Source: an uncultured delta proteobacterium (GTDB taxonomy: Bacteria > Desulfobacterota > RBG-13-43-22). From it: a stretch of DNA of 64,000 nt. Location of the stretch: assembly GCA_963790475.1 (NCBI GenBank), contig CAWBOS010000012.1:1-64000 (forward strand), written 5' to 3'. The first letter of the stretch is position 1. Every line of letters begins with the position of its first letter. Under the pieces are notes generated by a model. That model was not told where the DNA came from. It worked only from the letters and a program-made list of their open reading frames with translations, and ran no database searches. The translations under genes were made by a program, and so were the position numbers. Of the stretch, positions 34,730-45,926 are shown piece by piece.

Positions 34730-35723
34730 TCATCCCTTACTCAAGATACCCACGACTCGATCTCTGTAATCCTTGCTTTTTTCATCGGCAGCGATCAGAT
34801 CAATGGCCGCCGGCGACGAAGCCCCCAGTCCCATCTCTACAGCTCTGGCGATCTGTTCCTGATCGAATATCTTGGTTCCCATAATGGCCGTGTTGCTCCC
34901 CAGGTTTTTCAAAACAGCCACGCCGACGGCATCAATGGCCACCCGGTCGGTGGAGGCCAGAAAAACATCTCCCTTAGCAGTCTTTCCGGTGGCCGGCCCG
35001 CCGTCCACAAAGGCATCCACTCCATCGAGAACAATAAGGTGAGGCGTGAAGGGTTGATTCAGTTCGGCAATCAGCTTCCGTTGATGCGGAGAGGTATGAA
35101 GTTCCCTCATGTAATTGAACCCGTGCCGGGTGGTTGGGACCACCCCGACATGGAGTTTCAGGGACATGGTGAAAATCCCGCCGAATTGATGGGTTTTCAA
35201 ACAGCAGGTGGAGACCAGGCATTCGGCCTCCAGAATAGGCCGGGCAATCCTAAAACCATTTTTCCAATGACTGTCCTTGGGAATTACTTCAACCCAATCT
35301 TTTTTATCGAGATCATCAAAATCAATAATTTTTACATTTAATTTTTGCATGAGGGGGAGGACCCCTTTTTGCTCCATTACCTCCCGGGTGAGAGGATAAC
35401 TCCTTTCCCCCAGACTGATCGATTTGGCCCCCATGGCCCAAAACTCCTCAACCAGTGCGGTCAGCGTGTCGTTGTGAGTGGAGCCGGGAGTGATATCGGC
35501 GGTGTTGAAATTCGGTTTGATCAGGACATTTTTCCCCTTAACCGGATTGATCCCCAGGGCCTTTAGGGAACCCTGCACCCCTTCTTTACGATTACTTGGT
35601 CTTTTTTAAAGCCACTGCGGTTTTTTTGGCGGCCATAATTTCCTCCCCTTTGAGACCCAACAATACCGCCCCTCCGGCTATCCCGGTAAGTTTCAGAAAA
35701 TTTCTGCGGTTTAATCGAATCAC
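34730..35723 (-). CDS. DUF362-family protein with Tat signal; frameshift near 35596-35607
   Basis: GTG 35723 gives LNRRNFLKLTG (twin-arginine); after a one-base shift it joins VLIKPNFN...LKTH..G.FTMSLK...DRVAIDA. Confidence 0.8.
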
Positions 35724-35846
35724 TGAATGACAACCTTAAAATTAGAATATCCCGGACTTATAATTAACGCTCATATTACTATATTTATGGCGGAAGGAAC
35801 ACTTTTCTTTTTGCTCCGCTCTAATCAAAAGGGAGTGTACTAGTGT

Positions 35847-36431
35847 TTAACCTCCCAGTATCGGCCAATAGTGGTTTGAAATGGTCCCATAAAGACCCAT
35901 AACTCCAAAAAGAATAAATATCACTGCCGCCACCCACTTGACCAAACGCTCAGGTATGGTTTTCCCAAGGACTATACCAAAAATAATACCGACAGCATCG
36001 GCGATGATCATGCCCGATGTAGTCCCGAACCATATTGGAATAATTCTTGAATATTTGGTCGCCAGGACGATCGTTGCCAGTTGTGTTTTGTCTCCCATTT
36101 CCGCGAAAAAAAAAGCTATGGCCACGGTCCAAAAGGGGCTGTAATTAAAGCGTTTGTCCTCATTGTTGAGTTTATCCCCTCGCAAGGTCCAGAGTCCGAA
36201 GAGGATAAAAGAAGCGGAAGCGATGAGTTGAATGGTCTTGAGGGGAATAAGGCTTGTCAGGTAATTTCCCAGAAGGACGGCCAGCAAATGGTTGGCCAAT
36301 GTGGCTAGGAAAACCCCCCAGAGAACCGTCTGCCAGCGGTACCGTGAGGCAAAGGCCATGGCTAATAATTGGGTCTTATCTCCCATTTCAGCCAGAACTA
36401 CGAAGACAAGAGACGTGAGGTAGGCGGTCAT
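35847..36431 (-). CDS. TMEM165/GDT1 (UPF0016) Mn2+/Ca2+ exporter
   Basis: Two copies of AEMGDKTQL; ATG 36431 lies after the riboswitch terminator. Confidence 0.93.
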   Translation of the reverse strand: MTAYLTSLVFVVLAEMGDKTQLLAMAFASRYRWQTVLWGVFLATLANHLLAVLLGNYLTSLIPLKTIQLIASASFILFGLWTLRGDKLNNEDKRFNYSPFWTVAIAFFFAEMGDKTQLATIVLATKYSRIIPIWFGTTSGMIIADAVGIIFGIVLGKTIPERLVKWVAAVIFILFGVMGLYGTISNHYWPILGG

Positions 36432-36446
36432 GCTAGGCTTTTCCTT

Positions 36447-36501
36447 AAAAAAAAAACGAGACACTTTAGCTTGGACTCTATCAGTCACGCTAAAGGTCTC
36501 G
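36447..36501 (-). terminator. Riboswitch-controlled intrinsic terminator
   Basis: CGAGACCTTTAGC pairs with GCTAAAGTGTCTCG, followed by T10; its 5' arm is the aptamer P1 3' strand. Confidence 0.8.
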
Positions 36502-36580
36502 CTAATTGGTTTCCACCAACGACAGGGCCAGGAGTTAATTCCGGTATGTTGACCTTATCTGGTTAGCTACTCCCCTTCAG
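36491..36580 (-). ncRNA. yybP-ykoY (Mn2+) riboswitch
   Basis: Minus strand AAGGGGAGTAGC...GTCAACATAC...CTGGCC...GCGAGACCTT upstream of a UPF0016 gene. Confidence 0.9.
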
Positions 36581-36817
36581 GGATTCGGATTAGCATAAAT
36601 TTTATAACAGCCTCATAAAAAATTCAACACAAATTGCCAATCCTACAATTCTCTCGGTAAATATGATTCGATTGGATCGCCAGGAGAAATCATCGGGTCT
36701 TCAGAGGGGCCTCCTTAGATTAATTTCAAAAAACCCCTGAAACCACCTTCCATCTTTTTGAAGAATGTTGTAAGATTTTTACAGTTTTCATTTTTTATGG
36801 AAAGGAAGGACCGGCCT

Positions 36818-37405
36818 ATGTCGGAAATTGAAATTCCAAGCCCTGAAGAATTGGAAGAAGAGAGAGGAAAGACCTTTACCCGGAGATTGGCTTTGGTTAC
36901 AGCCATCTATGCCGTGTTTCTGGCTATTACCTCCCTGGGGGGAAGCAATGCCATGAAAGAAATGCTGCTGGCCCAACAGCAATCCTCGGATCAATGGAGT
37001 TTTTATCAGGCCAAGGTGATTCGGGAGCATCTCAATCGAAATGAAAAAAACCGAATAGAGGTAGAATTGTCCGAAAGAGGCGCCTCCATGAAACCGGAAG
37101 TTAGAAAACGTTTTGAAAACCTGTTAACAAAAATGGGGGAAGAAGAGAGCCGTTATAACACGGAAAAGAAAGAAATCGAAAAAGAGGCCAAATCACTGGA
37201 AAAGGAAAGGGATTTAAATCGGAGGAAAGACCCCTATTTTGATTTTGCCGAGGTCTTATTACAAATCTCGATTATCCTGGCCTCCATAGCTATACTTTCC
37301 ACCTCAAAGCCGGTTTTCATTTTCTCCCTGGTAACGGCCTGTTTGGGTTGTTTTCTTTCTTTCAACGGTTTTTGTTTTATTTTTCGAATACCATTTTTTA
37401 ACTGA
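36818..37405 (+). CDS. DUF4337-family membrane protein
   Basis: TM helix, SDQWSFYQAKVIR, FDFAEVLLQISIILAS, C-terminal TMs. Confidence 0.8.
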   Translation: MSEIEIPSPEELEEERGKTFTRRLALVTAIYAVFLAITSLGGSNAMKEMLLAQQQSSDQWSFYQAKVIREHLNRNEKNRIEVELSERGASMKPEVRKRFENLLTKMGEEESRYNTEKKEIEKEAKSLEKERDLNRRKDPYFDFAEVLLQISIILASIAILSTSKPVFIFSLVTACLGCFLSFNGFCFIFRIPFFN

Positions 37406-37690
37406 TCTGGACTTTAGGTGAAATACGCTTCCTAGCTCGGAGATTTCAGCCCCTGCGTGTAAAGGTTTTAGCAGGACATAGCAATTTATTATTCCGCATA
37501 AAAACCTTCGACTACATCCTTATATCGGGCATTATAGCCTTTCTTTTAACTTTTTAGTAACAGCCAAAAACATATGGAGATGGTCAAAATTCGCGCATAT
37601 TAGTGCCTAGTTATAGTTACGGCTTGCAACAAGTCCCATTGATGATTATCTTTAAATACAATTTTAATCTTTAACTTTCAGGGAGAAAGA

Positions 37691-38743
37691 ATGAAACCGT
37701 TTTTAAGATTAGCATCAAACCAAAGGTTCGGAAGTCAACGAATTAATGAAGGACAGGCCATACCTTCTGACGATGATATCCTGGATGCCTACTCCAACGC
37801 AGTGATAAACGCCGTGGATGTTGTAAGTCCATCCGTAGTTTACATAGATGTTTGCCGTAACATAAAGATAAAGCAACGTAACGGCACCCTACTTCCCCGG
37901 GAAATTAAGGCCAATGGCTCAGGTTTTGTCTTTACGCCGGATGGATTCATCCTGACTAATAGCCATGTTGTTCATGAAGCAAGCCAAATTGAGGTAATCC
38001 TGTCCGATGGCCGCACCTTTCACGGAGATATGATTGGGGACGATCCGGACACGGATCTGGCGGTCATCAGGATACATGCGCCAAAACTGATTTTTGCTTC
38101 TTTGGGAGATTCAGATAGAATCCGGGTCGGGCAACTGGCCATTGCCATCGGAAATCCTTACGGGTTCCAATGCACCGTAACATCGGGAGTCATAAGTGCC
38201 TTAGGCAGATCCTTAAGGTCCATGTCCGGCAGACTTATAGATAATATTATTCAGACCGATGCGGCGCTTAATCCCGGCAATTCGGGAGGACCTTTGGTTA
38301 CCTCCAGGGGCGAGGTTATCGGGGTAAATACTGCGGTCATTCAGTCCGCTCAGGGAATCTGTTTTGCCATCGGGATAAATACGGCCAAGTTCGTTGCCTC
38401 CCGGCTCATCAGGGAAGGAAGGGTCAGGCGAAGCTACATAGGTCTCGGAGGGCAAAACATACCTCTTCATCGCCGGGTAGTCCGTTTTTATAACCTTCCG
38501 GTCGAAACGGGGGTTTTGGTATTATCCGTTGATAATAACAGCCCGGCTAAACAGGCTGGTTTATGTAAGGGAGATATTATAATATTTTTCGACGATCATC
38601 CTATCAAGGGTATTGATGATCTGCATCGATTATTGACGGACGAAAAGGTGGGAGTTAATTTGAAGCTGACTGTTATAAGAAACTCGGAACGCCTGGACCT
38701 GAATATTGTTCCCGGGGAGTCTCGGAGCAGGACTATCCACTAA
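37691..38743 (+). CDS. HtrA/DegQ-like trypsin protease with PDZ, no evident signal peptide
   Basis: GSGF..TNSHVV, DLAVI, QTDAALNPGNSGGPL, one PDZ domain. Confidence 0.92.
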   Translation: MKPFLRLASNQRFGSQRINEGQAIPSDDDILDAYSNAVINAVDVVSPSVVYIDVCRNIKIKQRNGTLLPREIKANGSGFVFTPDGFILTNSHVVHEASQIEVILSDGRTFHGDMIGDDPDTDLAVIRIHAPKLIFASLGDSDRIRVGQLAIAIGNPYGFQCTVTSGVISALGRSLRSMSGRLIDNIIQTDAALNPGNSGGPLVTSRGEVIGVNTAVIQSAQGICFAIGINTAKFVASRLIREGRVRRSYIGLGGQNIPLHRRVVRFYNLPVETGVLVLSVDNNSPAKQAGLCKGDIIIFFDDHPIKGIDDLHRLLTDEKVGVNLKLTVIRNSERLDLNIVPGESRSRTIH

Positions 38744-38823
38744 AATAAAACCAAAGAAAATTCGGTCGGGAATATTTTTCTTCTTAACCGGGGGTTTGAG
38801 ACCTTTGAAATCGGTCTCCAGGA

Positions 38824-39216
38824 TTATCCTTGTTTTCTATTGGAATTGTTTTGGGAAAATTTCTCTATAACCTTTTCGCAATAAACCTGATTCTCTTCTA
38901 ACAGGGGGGAAGCCCGGCGCATCATGTTCAGTTTCATGATCTGGAAGTTGAGCCGTTTCATCAGGCGGTATTGCTTTTCCACGTCCTCCATACCCTTCAA
39001 TAAATCCCGCAATTGGACGATTTCTTTTTTCAGTTCCAGTTCGGGAGGCAGGCAATCGGCATTTTTCAATATCTTGTAGGCCAGACGCAACTCTTCGGGG
39101 ATACCGCTGTCATCATCCAATTGTAGGGGTTTTCCTTTGCCGGGCAGGTTATCCAGTTCTCCCTTCAGGATGGCTTCCTGGATTTTTCTTTCGGCGATGA
39201 TATGGGAGAAAAACAT
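38824..39216 (-). CDS. DUF1992 (DnaJ-C28-like) protein
   Basis: IAERKIQEAI..GELDNLPGKGKPL...LRLAYKILKNA. Confidence 0.85.
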   Translation of the reverse strand: MFFSHIIAERKIQEAILKGELDNLPGKGKPLQLDDDSGIPEELRLAYKILKNADCLPPELELKKEIVQLRDLLKGMEDVEKQYRLMKRLNFQIMKLNMMRRASPLLEENQVYCEKVIEKFSQNNSNRKQG

Positions 39217-39407
39217 TGGTAACGTAATAACTACAAATTATCCGATTACGGTTAAATATACAGGAATCCTTGGTCGGATTCATAACCTAAATTATAATAT
39301 TATTATAACATAATGAATTTCAAGGAAGTCAAAAAAAAATCCCCTCTCGTCAGGTGACGATCTTAAGGACTTTTTACGGAAACATCATAGCACGGCTGAT
39401 TAAAAGA

Positions 39408-40394
39408 TCAACCCCCAATTTTAGACATTTGCCGCTGACATTTTCGGGGAAGAGGATTCATTTGAATAGGATGTTCCTTGGGTTTCCGGGAGATGGTTTC
39501 TCGAATGATAGATTCCAATTCCGTATCCGAAGCGCCGTTCCTCAGAGGGGTTCGCAAATCGGTTTCGTCGTCGGAAAAGAGGCAGACCCTCAACCGGCCT
39601 TCGGCTGTAAGGCGAAGACGATTGCAGGAGGGACAAAAATGTTCGCTGATAGGGCTGATTAATCCGATTTCCCCCCTCGCCCCGGCATAGGACATCCGTT
39701 TGGCCGGACCATCCAAGCCTTGGCCGTTAATCGGGAAAAGGGGTCCCAGAACCTGTAATTTTTTTAAAATATCTTCCGAGGAGAGAAACCTCTCGGCACT
39801 CCAGCCGTTTTCCGCTCCCACCGGCATGAACTCGATAAAACGGATATGATACGGTTTTTCGTAAGACAATCGGCCGAAGGCCAGGATTTCATCATCGTTG
39901 ATCCCCTTTAGGGCTACGACATTGATCTTGATTGGGGAAAACCCGATTCGCTCGGCCCCTTGAATCCCTTCCCAAACTTGGTCAAAAAAACCGAATCGAG
40001 TAATCCTGGCAAAATTTTGTGGGTCAAGAGTGTCCAGGCTGATATTGATTCTTTTTACCCCGGCTTCCCATAAGGCTTGGGCCTGTTCTGCTAAAAGGAC
40101 ACCATTTGTGGTCAGGCTGATATCCCTGATGCCCGGGATTTCCCCTAATGCTTTAATAAGATCGACAATGTTTTTTCGGACCAGGGGCTCTCCTCCGGTA
40201 AGCCGGATCTTTTCAATACCCAGACCAACACTCAGCCGGGCCAGTCTCAATAATTCCTCATAGGTCAGGATATCCTCATGAATAAGCTTGGGAACCCCCT
40301 GTTCCGGCATACAATATACGCATCGCAGGTTGCAGCGATCGGTTAAAGACATCCGGAGATAATTGATAGGACGATTATAAGAATCAAGAAGCAT
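39408..40394 (-). CDS. moaA: GTP 3',8-cyclase
   Basis: CNLRCVYC radical SAM motif, FCPSCNRLRLT, C-terminal IGG. Confidence 0.96.
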   Translation of the reverse strand: MLLDSYNRPINYLRMSLTDRCNLRCVYCMPEQGVPKLIHEDILTYEELLRLARLSVGLGIEKIRLTGGEPLVRKNIVDLIKALGEIPGIRDISLTTNGVLLAEQAQALWEAGVKRINISLDTLDPQNFARITRFGFFDQVWEGIQGAERIGFSPIKINVVALKGINDDEILAFGRLSYEKPYHIRFIEFMPVGAENGWSAERFLSSEDILKKLQVLGPLFPINGQGLDGPAKRMSYAGARGEIGLISPISEHFCPSCNRLRLTAEGRLRVCLFSDDETDLRTPLRNGASDTELESIIRETISRKPKEHPIQMNPLPRKCQRQMSKIGG

Positions 40395-40621
40395 AAAAGA
40401 TTCCCCGATGGTTTTTTACAGTTGCAATAATATGTCTTTTTAAACATAATAATTACAAAAGGGATTTTGTCAACCTTTTACCCTCGGGGTATCATTGTGG
40501 GTCCCATAATAGCCTTGATATGAAAATGAAGATCTCGCCTTCGATGGGACCATAGCAGCAATTTTTTCGTCTATATTATCTTGAGACCTTAAAATAAGGT
40601 CGGGCAAAAAAAGAAATTTTC

Positions 40622-41848
40622 ATGAAGCCATTTTTTCAGGTAAAGACATCAGAAGAAATTTACAAAATCATTAAAACCCTGCCTCGTTTGACGAAGGAAA
40701 ACATCTGCTTAAATGATGGGTTAAACCGGGTTTTGGGCGATGATATTTTTTCCACCGAGGACCTCCCCCATTTCCCCAGGGCTACCATGGATGGATTTGC
40801 AGTGCGGGCCAGAGACACTTTCGGGGCCTCGGAGGCCGTTCCGGCCCTGCTGACTCTATCCGGTGAGATCAGTATGGGTCAGGAGGCAAAAACACCAATA
40901 CAGCCAGGACATTGTTATCGTATTGCCACCGGCGGAATGGTTCCGCCAGGGGCCGACTCGGTGGTCATGATCGAGCATTCCCAGCAACTCGACGCTAATA
41001 CTATAGAGATATTCAGACCCGTTTCTCCTTTGGATCATGTTATTCAAGTGGGAGAAGACATAAAAAAAGCCCAGCCTGTTTTAATGGCCGGACAGAGGCT
41101 TCGCCCCCAGGACCTGGGAATCCTAGCCGGCTTGGGGATTGTTGATTTGCCCGTATATCTTCAAGCCAAAGTGGCGATCATTTCCACCGGTGATGAGGTA
41201 GTCCCGGTAGAGGAGCAACCTCCCCCTGGTTTTATCCGGGATATCAATTCCTCGACTTTGCAGGCCTTGACCGCCAAGGCCGGGGCCATTCCGGAATTAT
41301 TAGGACGGACAGGGGATAATTTTGAGAAATTGAAAACCCTGTGTGAAAAAGGCCGGGATCAGGCGGATATGATATTGATTTCCGGCGGGAGTTCCGTGGG
41401 TGCCAGGGATTATACCCTTGAGGTCATTCACAGTTTTCCAAGGTCGGAGATTTTGGCTCACGGTATTTCCATCAGTCCCGGAAAACCCACCATTCTGGCT
41501 CGAATTGGGAATAAGATCCTCTGGGGTTTGCCGGGTCATGTGGTTTCGGCCATGATTGTTTTTACCCTTTTCGTCAAACCTTGTCTGCATCATTTGGAAG
41601 GAGAAACGATCGAAAGACAACCTCCGGGATTCAAGGCACAATTGTCCCGGAATATTGCTTCAGCTCAAGGCCGGGAGGACTATATTCGGGTCTCCCTTCA
41701 AAAGGGCAAGCAAGGGTGGGAAGCAATGCCCATCCTGGGCAAATCCGGGCTTATCTCGACCATGGTCCGAGCCGACGGGTTGGTTCGGATCGATCAGAAC
41801 TGTGAAGGGTTGGAGAAGGGGGAGTGGGTGGAGGTCTTGTTGTTTTAA
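40622..41848 (+). CDS. moeA: Molybdopterin molybdotransferase
   Basis: MDGFAV, IATGG, STGDE, SGGSSVG, PGKP. Confidence 0.94.
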   Translation: MKPFFQVKTSEEIYKIIKTLPRLTKENICLNDGLNRVLGDDIFSTEDLPHFPRATMDGFAVRARDTFGASEAVPALLTLSGEISMGQEAKTPIQPGHCYRIATGGMVPPGADSVVMIEHSQQLDANTIEIFRPVSPLDHVIQVGEDIKKAQPVLMAGQRLRPQDLGILAGLGIVDLPVYLQAKVAIISTGDEVVPVEEQPPPGFIRDINSSTLQALTAKAGAIPELLGRTGDNFEKLKTLCEKGRDQADMILISGGSSVGARDYTLEVIHSFPRSEILAHGISISPGKPTILARIGNKILWGLPGHVVSAMIVFTLFVKPCLHHLEGETIERQPPGFKAQLSRNIASAQGREDYIRVSLQKGKQGWEAMPILGKSGLISTMVRADGLVRIDQNCEGLEKGEWVEVLLF

Positions 41849-41863
41849 TATTTGTTTTCTTCA

Positions 41864-42008
41864 GACCGGACAAACAGGATTTATAGCTATATCCCTTCCA
41901 CCCTTTCCGGAAGAAAGGCTGAAAAAATCTTTTCGCCAAGGCGCAGCATTGGGTTTCCCCTTTCACGGGAAGGAGAAAATTAATCTTGTCTATCCTGTAA
42001 ATCGTGTC
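41864..42008. repeat. Inverted degenerate 9-mer microrepeats between the moeA genes
   Basis: gaccggacaaacaggattta versus aatcttgtctatcctgtaaatcgtgtc. Confidence 0.45.
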
Positions 42009-42052
42009 AGAACAATTTTCCAACTTAGTAGAGAGTCACGAGAAAAAAAACC

Positions 42053-43975
42053 ATGAAACGAAAAATATATCTTCACCTGAAATCACTGGAAGAAGCCCGG
42101 GAAATATTTTTGAATTGTCTGGACTACAGCCGAATGTTGGCCGGAGAACGGATCTCCACCTCCGAGGGTCTGGGACGGATTCTGGCTGAACCGGTCTTTG
42201 CCCGCTTTTCTTCGCCGAACTTTCATGCGGCGGCCATGGACGGCATCGCCCTTTTGGCTGATGACACCTTCGGGACAACGGTCGATCACCCCAAACAATT
42301 CCGGATCGGAAAACAGGCTTTTTGGATCAATACCGGTCAGCCCATCCCTGAGGAAACCAACGCGATCATTATGGTCGAACAGGTAAATATGGTCGAAGAG
42401 GATCTGGCTGAAATTGAAGCGGCCGCCTTTCCCTGGCAGTATGTGCGAAAAATGGGAGAAGACCTGGTGGCCACCGAACTCCTGCTGCCCCAGGGACACC
42501 GCGTCACCGCCTATGATTTGGGGGCCTTGATCGCCGGAGGCATTTTTGAGATTCCGGTGATCCAAAAACCCAAGGTGGTCCTGATCCCCACCGGATCGGA
42601 ACTGATAGAATGGGAAGGGACGGACCTGTCAGCCCTGCCCCCCGGCAAGGTCCCTGAATATAATACCCTGATCCTTTCCGCGTTGGTACGTGAATGCGGG
42701 GGAGAGCCGGCTCGTTGGCCCATCGTCCGGGACAAGAAAGAATTGATCCAGGAAGCTTTGGCCAAGGCGGCAGCCTCCGATTGTCAAATGGTTATCATCA
42801 ACGCCGGTTCTTCTTCCGGCAGCGAGGATTACAGCGTTACGGCCATTGAAAGCCTGGGGAAAGTCCTGGTCCATGGTGTGACCATCATGCCCGGAAAACC
42901 CACCATATTGGGGACCATTCAAGACAAACCGGTTATCGGAAATCCCGGTTATCCGGTTTCAGCCACCATCTCTTTTGAACAATTCGCCCGACCGGCGCTT
43001 TACAAAATGCAAGGCATTCTACCGCCGGAGCGAAAAACCATGTCGGTCTATCCGGCCCGTTCTTTCCCTTCCAAACTGGGCCAGGAGGAATTCCTACGGG
43101 TTAACCTGGGCCGGGTGGGGGATAAAATCATTGCCAACCCTCTGCCCCGCGGTGCCGGGACCATCACTTCTTTGACCCGGGCCGATGGGATGATTCGCAT
43201 CCCCACGAATTCGGAAGGGATCAACCTGGAGGAGCCGGTTCAGGCCGAACTCCTGCGAGAAGAATCGGTCCTGTCCCGCACGGTGGTCATTGTCGGCAGT
43301 CATGACAATACGCTGGACCTCCTGGGAAATTTTTTGACCCAGCATTATCCGGAGTTTCGTTTGACTTCCAGCAATGTGGGCAGTACCGGAGGCTTAATGG
43401 CCCTCAAGCGGGGAATCGCCCATCTGGCCGGCTCTCATCTCCTCGATCCGGAAACCGGGGGATATAATGTCAGCTATATTCGGCGGCTGATTCCTGAAGT
43501 ACCGGTCAAAGGGGTCAATTTAGTGCTGCGTCAGCAGGGGTTGATCCTGGCCAAAGGAAATCCTAAAAAGATTAACGGCCTGCGAGATCTGGCCCGAAAA
43601 GATCTGGCCTTTATCAACCGCCAGGCCGGATCCGGGACCCGTATACTCTTGGATTTCCGTTTAAAGAAATTGGGCATTGATCCGGCACTTATTAACGGTT
43701 ATGATGAGGAAGAGTTCACTCACATGGCCGTGGCTGTGGCCGTATTAAGCGGCCGGGCCGATGTGGGCTTAGGGATTTATGCCGCGGCCCGGGCTCTGGA
43801 TCTGGATTTCATCCCAGTGGTTCAGGAGGAATACGACCTGGTCATTCCAGATAAATTCTTTGAAGAAGAAAAGATCCAGGCCTTGTTATCCGTCATCCGT
43901 TCGAATGATTTTAAGGAGGCCGTAAAGTCCCTGGGGGGCTATGACCTTTCCCTGACCGGACAAACCGTTTTTTGA
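42053..43975 (+). CDS. moeA: MoeA fused to a C-terminal PBP (molybdate/tungstate-binding-like) domain
   Basis: MoeA motifs plus GSHD...GSTGGL...INRQAGSGTRILLD. Confidence 0.92.
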   Translation: MKRKIYLHLKSLEEAREIFLNCLDYSRMLAGERISTSEGLGRILAEPVFARFSSPNFHAAAMDGIALLADDTFGTTVDHPKQFRIGKQAFWINTGQPIPEETNAIIMVEQVNMVEEDLAEIEAAAFPWQYVRKMGEDLVATELLLPQGHRVTAYDLGALIAGGIFEIPVIQKPKVVLIPTGSELIEWEGTDLSALPPGKVPEYNTLILSALVRECGGEPARWPIVRDKKELIQEALAKAAASDCQMVIINAGSSSGSEDYSVTAIESLGKVLVHGVTIMPGKPTILGTIQDKPVIGNPGYPVSATISFEQFARPALYKMQGILPPERKTMSVYPARSFPSKLGQEEFLRVNLGRVGDKIIANPLPRGAGTITSLTRADGMIRIPTNSEGINLEEPVQAELLREESVLSRTVVIVGSHDNTLDLLGNFLTQHYPEFRLTSSNVGSTGGLMALKRGIAHLAGSHLLDPETGGYNVSYIRRLIPEVPVKGVNLVLRQQGLILAKGNPKKINGLRDLARKDLAFINRQAGSGTRILLDFRLKKLGIDPALINGYDEEEFTHMAVAVAVLSGRADVGLGIYAAARALDLDFIPVVQEEYDLVIPDKFFEEEKIQALLSVIRSNDFKEAVKSLGGYDLSLTGQTVF

Positions 43976-44033
43976 TTCCCAGACCTCCATCGAGGCCATC
44001 CCCATATAAGAAATGGGCAGAAAGGATATGTAA

Positions 44034-44882
44034 ATGGAAGCAAAGGAAGTAATCCAGATTATTGATGACTTCATACGAACCTCTCCGGAAAATTCGTTGA
44101 AAAACGAGGCCAATGAACCGGCCTGGGATGAGGCCTTGATCGGCTTCTCTTCCGGCGCCGATCCTGTTTACCAAAGTTACAAGGAACATGTTGGCCCTTT
44201 TCACTTCCTCCCTGAGGAAATTTTCAATTTGATCTTTCCGGATTCACCGGCAAAGCCCCAGGAGTTGACTATAATCAGTTGGATCCTGCCCCAGCGGGAG
44301 GTCACCAAGGCCGACAACCGCGCAGAGGACTTCTATCCCTCAGAACGATGGGTAAGGGCCCGTTTTCCGGGAGAGGATTTCAACATCCTGCTGCGGAAGC
44401 ATGTCGTTGAGGAACTGGGTAAAAAAGGGATTCAAGCCGTGGCCCCGGTCCTGTCCCCGGAATGGAAGATGGTGGTGTCGCCTAAGTTCGGCCTGGCATC
44501 GCGCTGGTCCGAACGCCATGCGGCCCATGCCTCGGGCCTGGGGACCTTCGGGCTTTGCGACGGCCTGATCACACCCAAAGGCAAGGCCCACCGGGTGGGG
44601 ACCGTCGTCGCCCGTCTTGAGATTCCTCCTACCCCCCGGCCTTATAAAGACCATCAGGAATATTGTCTTTTCTTCTCCAAGGGGGGTTGTATGGTCTGCG
44701 CCGAACGCTGTCCGGTCGGGGCCATCACCGAAGCCGGACACGATAAGAAATTGTGTTGGGATCATGCCGGCGGCACATGCGGAAAATACGTCAAGGAAAA
44801 ATTCGGATTTGCCGGTTACGGCTGTGGCTTGTGCCAGACCGATGTGCCCTGCGAGAGCGGCATACCGGAGAATCAGAGTTGA
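44034..44882 (+). CDS. QueG-like 4Fe-4S protein
   Basis: WSERHAAHASGLGTFG, CMVCAERCP, CGLCQTDVPC. Confidence 0.75.
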   Translation: MEAKEVIQIIDDFIRTSPENSLKNEANEPAWDEALIGFSSGADPVYQSYKEHVGPFHFLPEEIFNLIFPDSPAKPQELTIISWILPQREVTKADNRAEDFYPSERWVRARFPGEDFNILLRKHVVEELGKKGIQAVAPVLSPEWKMVVSPKFGLASRWSERHAAHASGLGTFGLCDGLITPKGKAHRVGTVVARLEIPPTPRPYKDHQEYCLFFSKGGCMVCAERCPVGAITEAGHDKKLCWDHAGGTCGKYVKEKFGFAGYGCGLCQTDVPCESGIPENQS

Positions 44883-45167
44883 AGGGATAACCTCGCTGAG
44901 TATAAACATATGGAGTGACGGCTCGTATATCCGGAACTCTATTTTTCCCTTCCTAAAATAAAGGTCTTTACCAAGCCAGCACAGTGGCCATCGAATGGTT
45001 TAAGACCTATCTGGCCGGGAATTGAGAGCAGGAGAGAGGATCGTGAGGAGGACCTAAGCCTATCCGCTATCCCCCGTCACCCTAAAGCGGATCAACGACT
45101 AACCCTTTTTTACCTTGACCCTTTTTCTTCCCTAATTTATACTTCTTCCATCATAAAGGAATATATC

Positions 45168-45752
45168 ATGTCTCATAAAATCCTTCTTGTAGATGATGAA
45201 CCTCACGTCACCGAAGCGTTGAAGCGGACTCTTCATAAGGAGCCTTACGAGATCTTGAGTGCCAATTCCGCCAATGAGGCCCTTCAGATTCTGGCCCGCG
45301 AGCCCGTGTCCGTGGTCATCAGCGATGAAAGGATGCCGGGCATGCCGGGGGCCGAGTTTCTGGCTCTTGTCTACCGGGATTATCCGGAAACCATTCGGAT
45401 CATGCTGACCGGGCATGCCAACCTCGACTTGGCCCTGCGGGCCATCAACGAGGGACAAATTTATCGTTTTTTATTGAAGCCCTGCAACGAACAGGAAATC
45501 CGCATTACCCTTCGCCAGGCGATTCAACAAAAAGAGCTGGCAGAAAAGAGCCGGCAGCTTTTACAAAAGGTCAAACAGCAGGACTTGGTCCTGAATCATC
45601 TGGAAAAGGACCATCCCGGAATTACTAAAGTGGAGAGAGATTCCACCGGGACCATCGTTATTGACGACTTTGGGTTTGATTTGGATAGGCTTATCCAGGA
45701 AATTAAAGAAGAATTGTCTGAGCCGATGCCGGTGTCTAATACTCGGCAGTAG
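45168..45752 (+). CDS. Response regulator (receiver plus short C-terminal coil)
   Basis: LLVDDE, ISDERMP, MLTG, LLKP. Confidence 0.9.
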   Translation: MSHKILLVDDEPHVTEALKRTLHKEPYEILSANSANEALQILAREPVSVVISDERMPGMPGAEFLALVYRDYPETIRIMLTGHANLDLALRAINEGQIYRFLLKPCNEQEIRITLRQAIQQKELAEKSRQLLQKVKQQDLVLNHLEKDHPGITKVERDSTGTIVIDDFGFDLDRLIQEIKEELSEPMPVSNTRQ

Positions 45753-45926
45753 TCCTGTATCCCTTTAAGCACAACGCCTCTGGTAAACTTTTGGCGGGCG
45801 TTGTTGCAGCAAAGGTCTTGCCTATAACCTCTTTAAATACCTAAAGTTTTTATTTCGCATCATGGACCTAAGACTGATTCCACCCTTTAAAAAATTCCTG
45901 ACAATTCAATGAAGCTCTTTTTTTTC

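Noticed and set aside
44034-44882. Reductive dehalogenase
   Set aside because: Short, with no Tat signal and no adjacent rdhB-like membrane anchor; better described as QueG-like.
44890-45030. Possible ncRNA after the QueG-like gene
   Set aside because: No recognisable RNA motif; one frame reads like a decayed protein C-terminus (GLYQASTVAIEWFKTYL), too weak to call.
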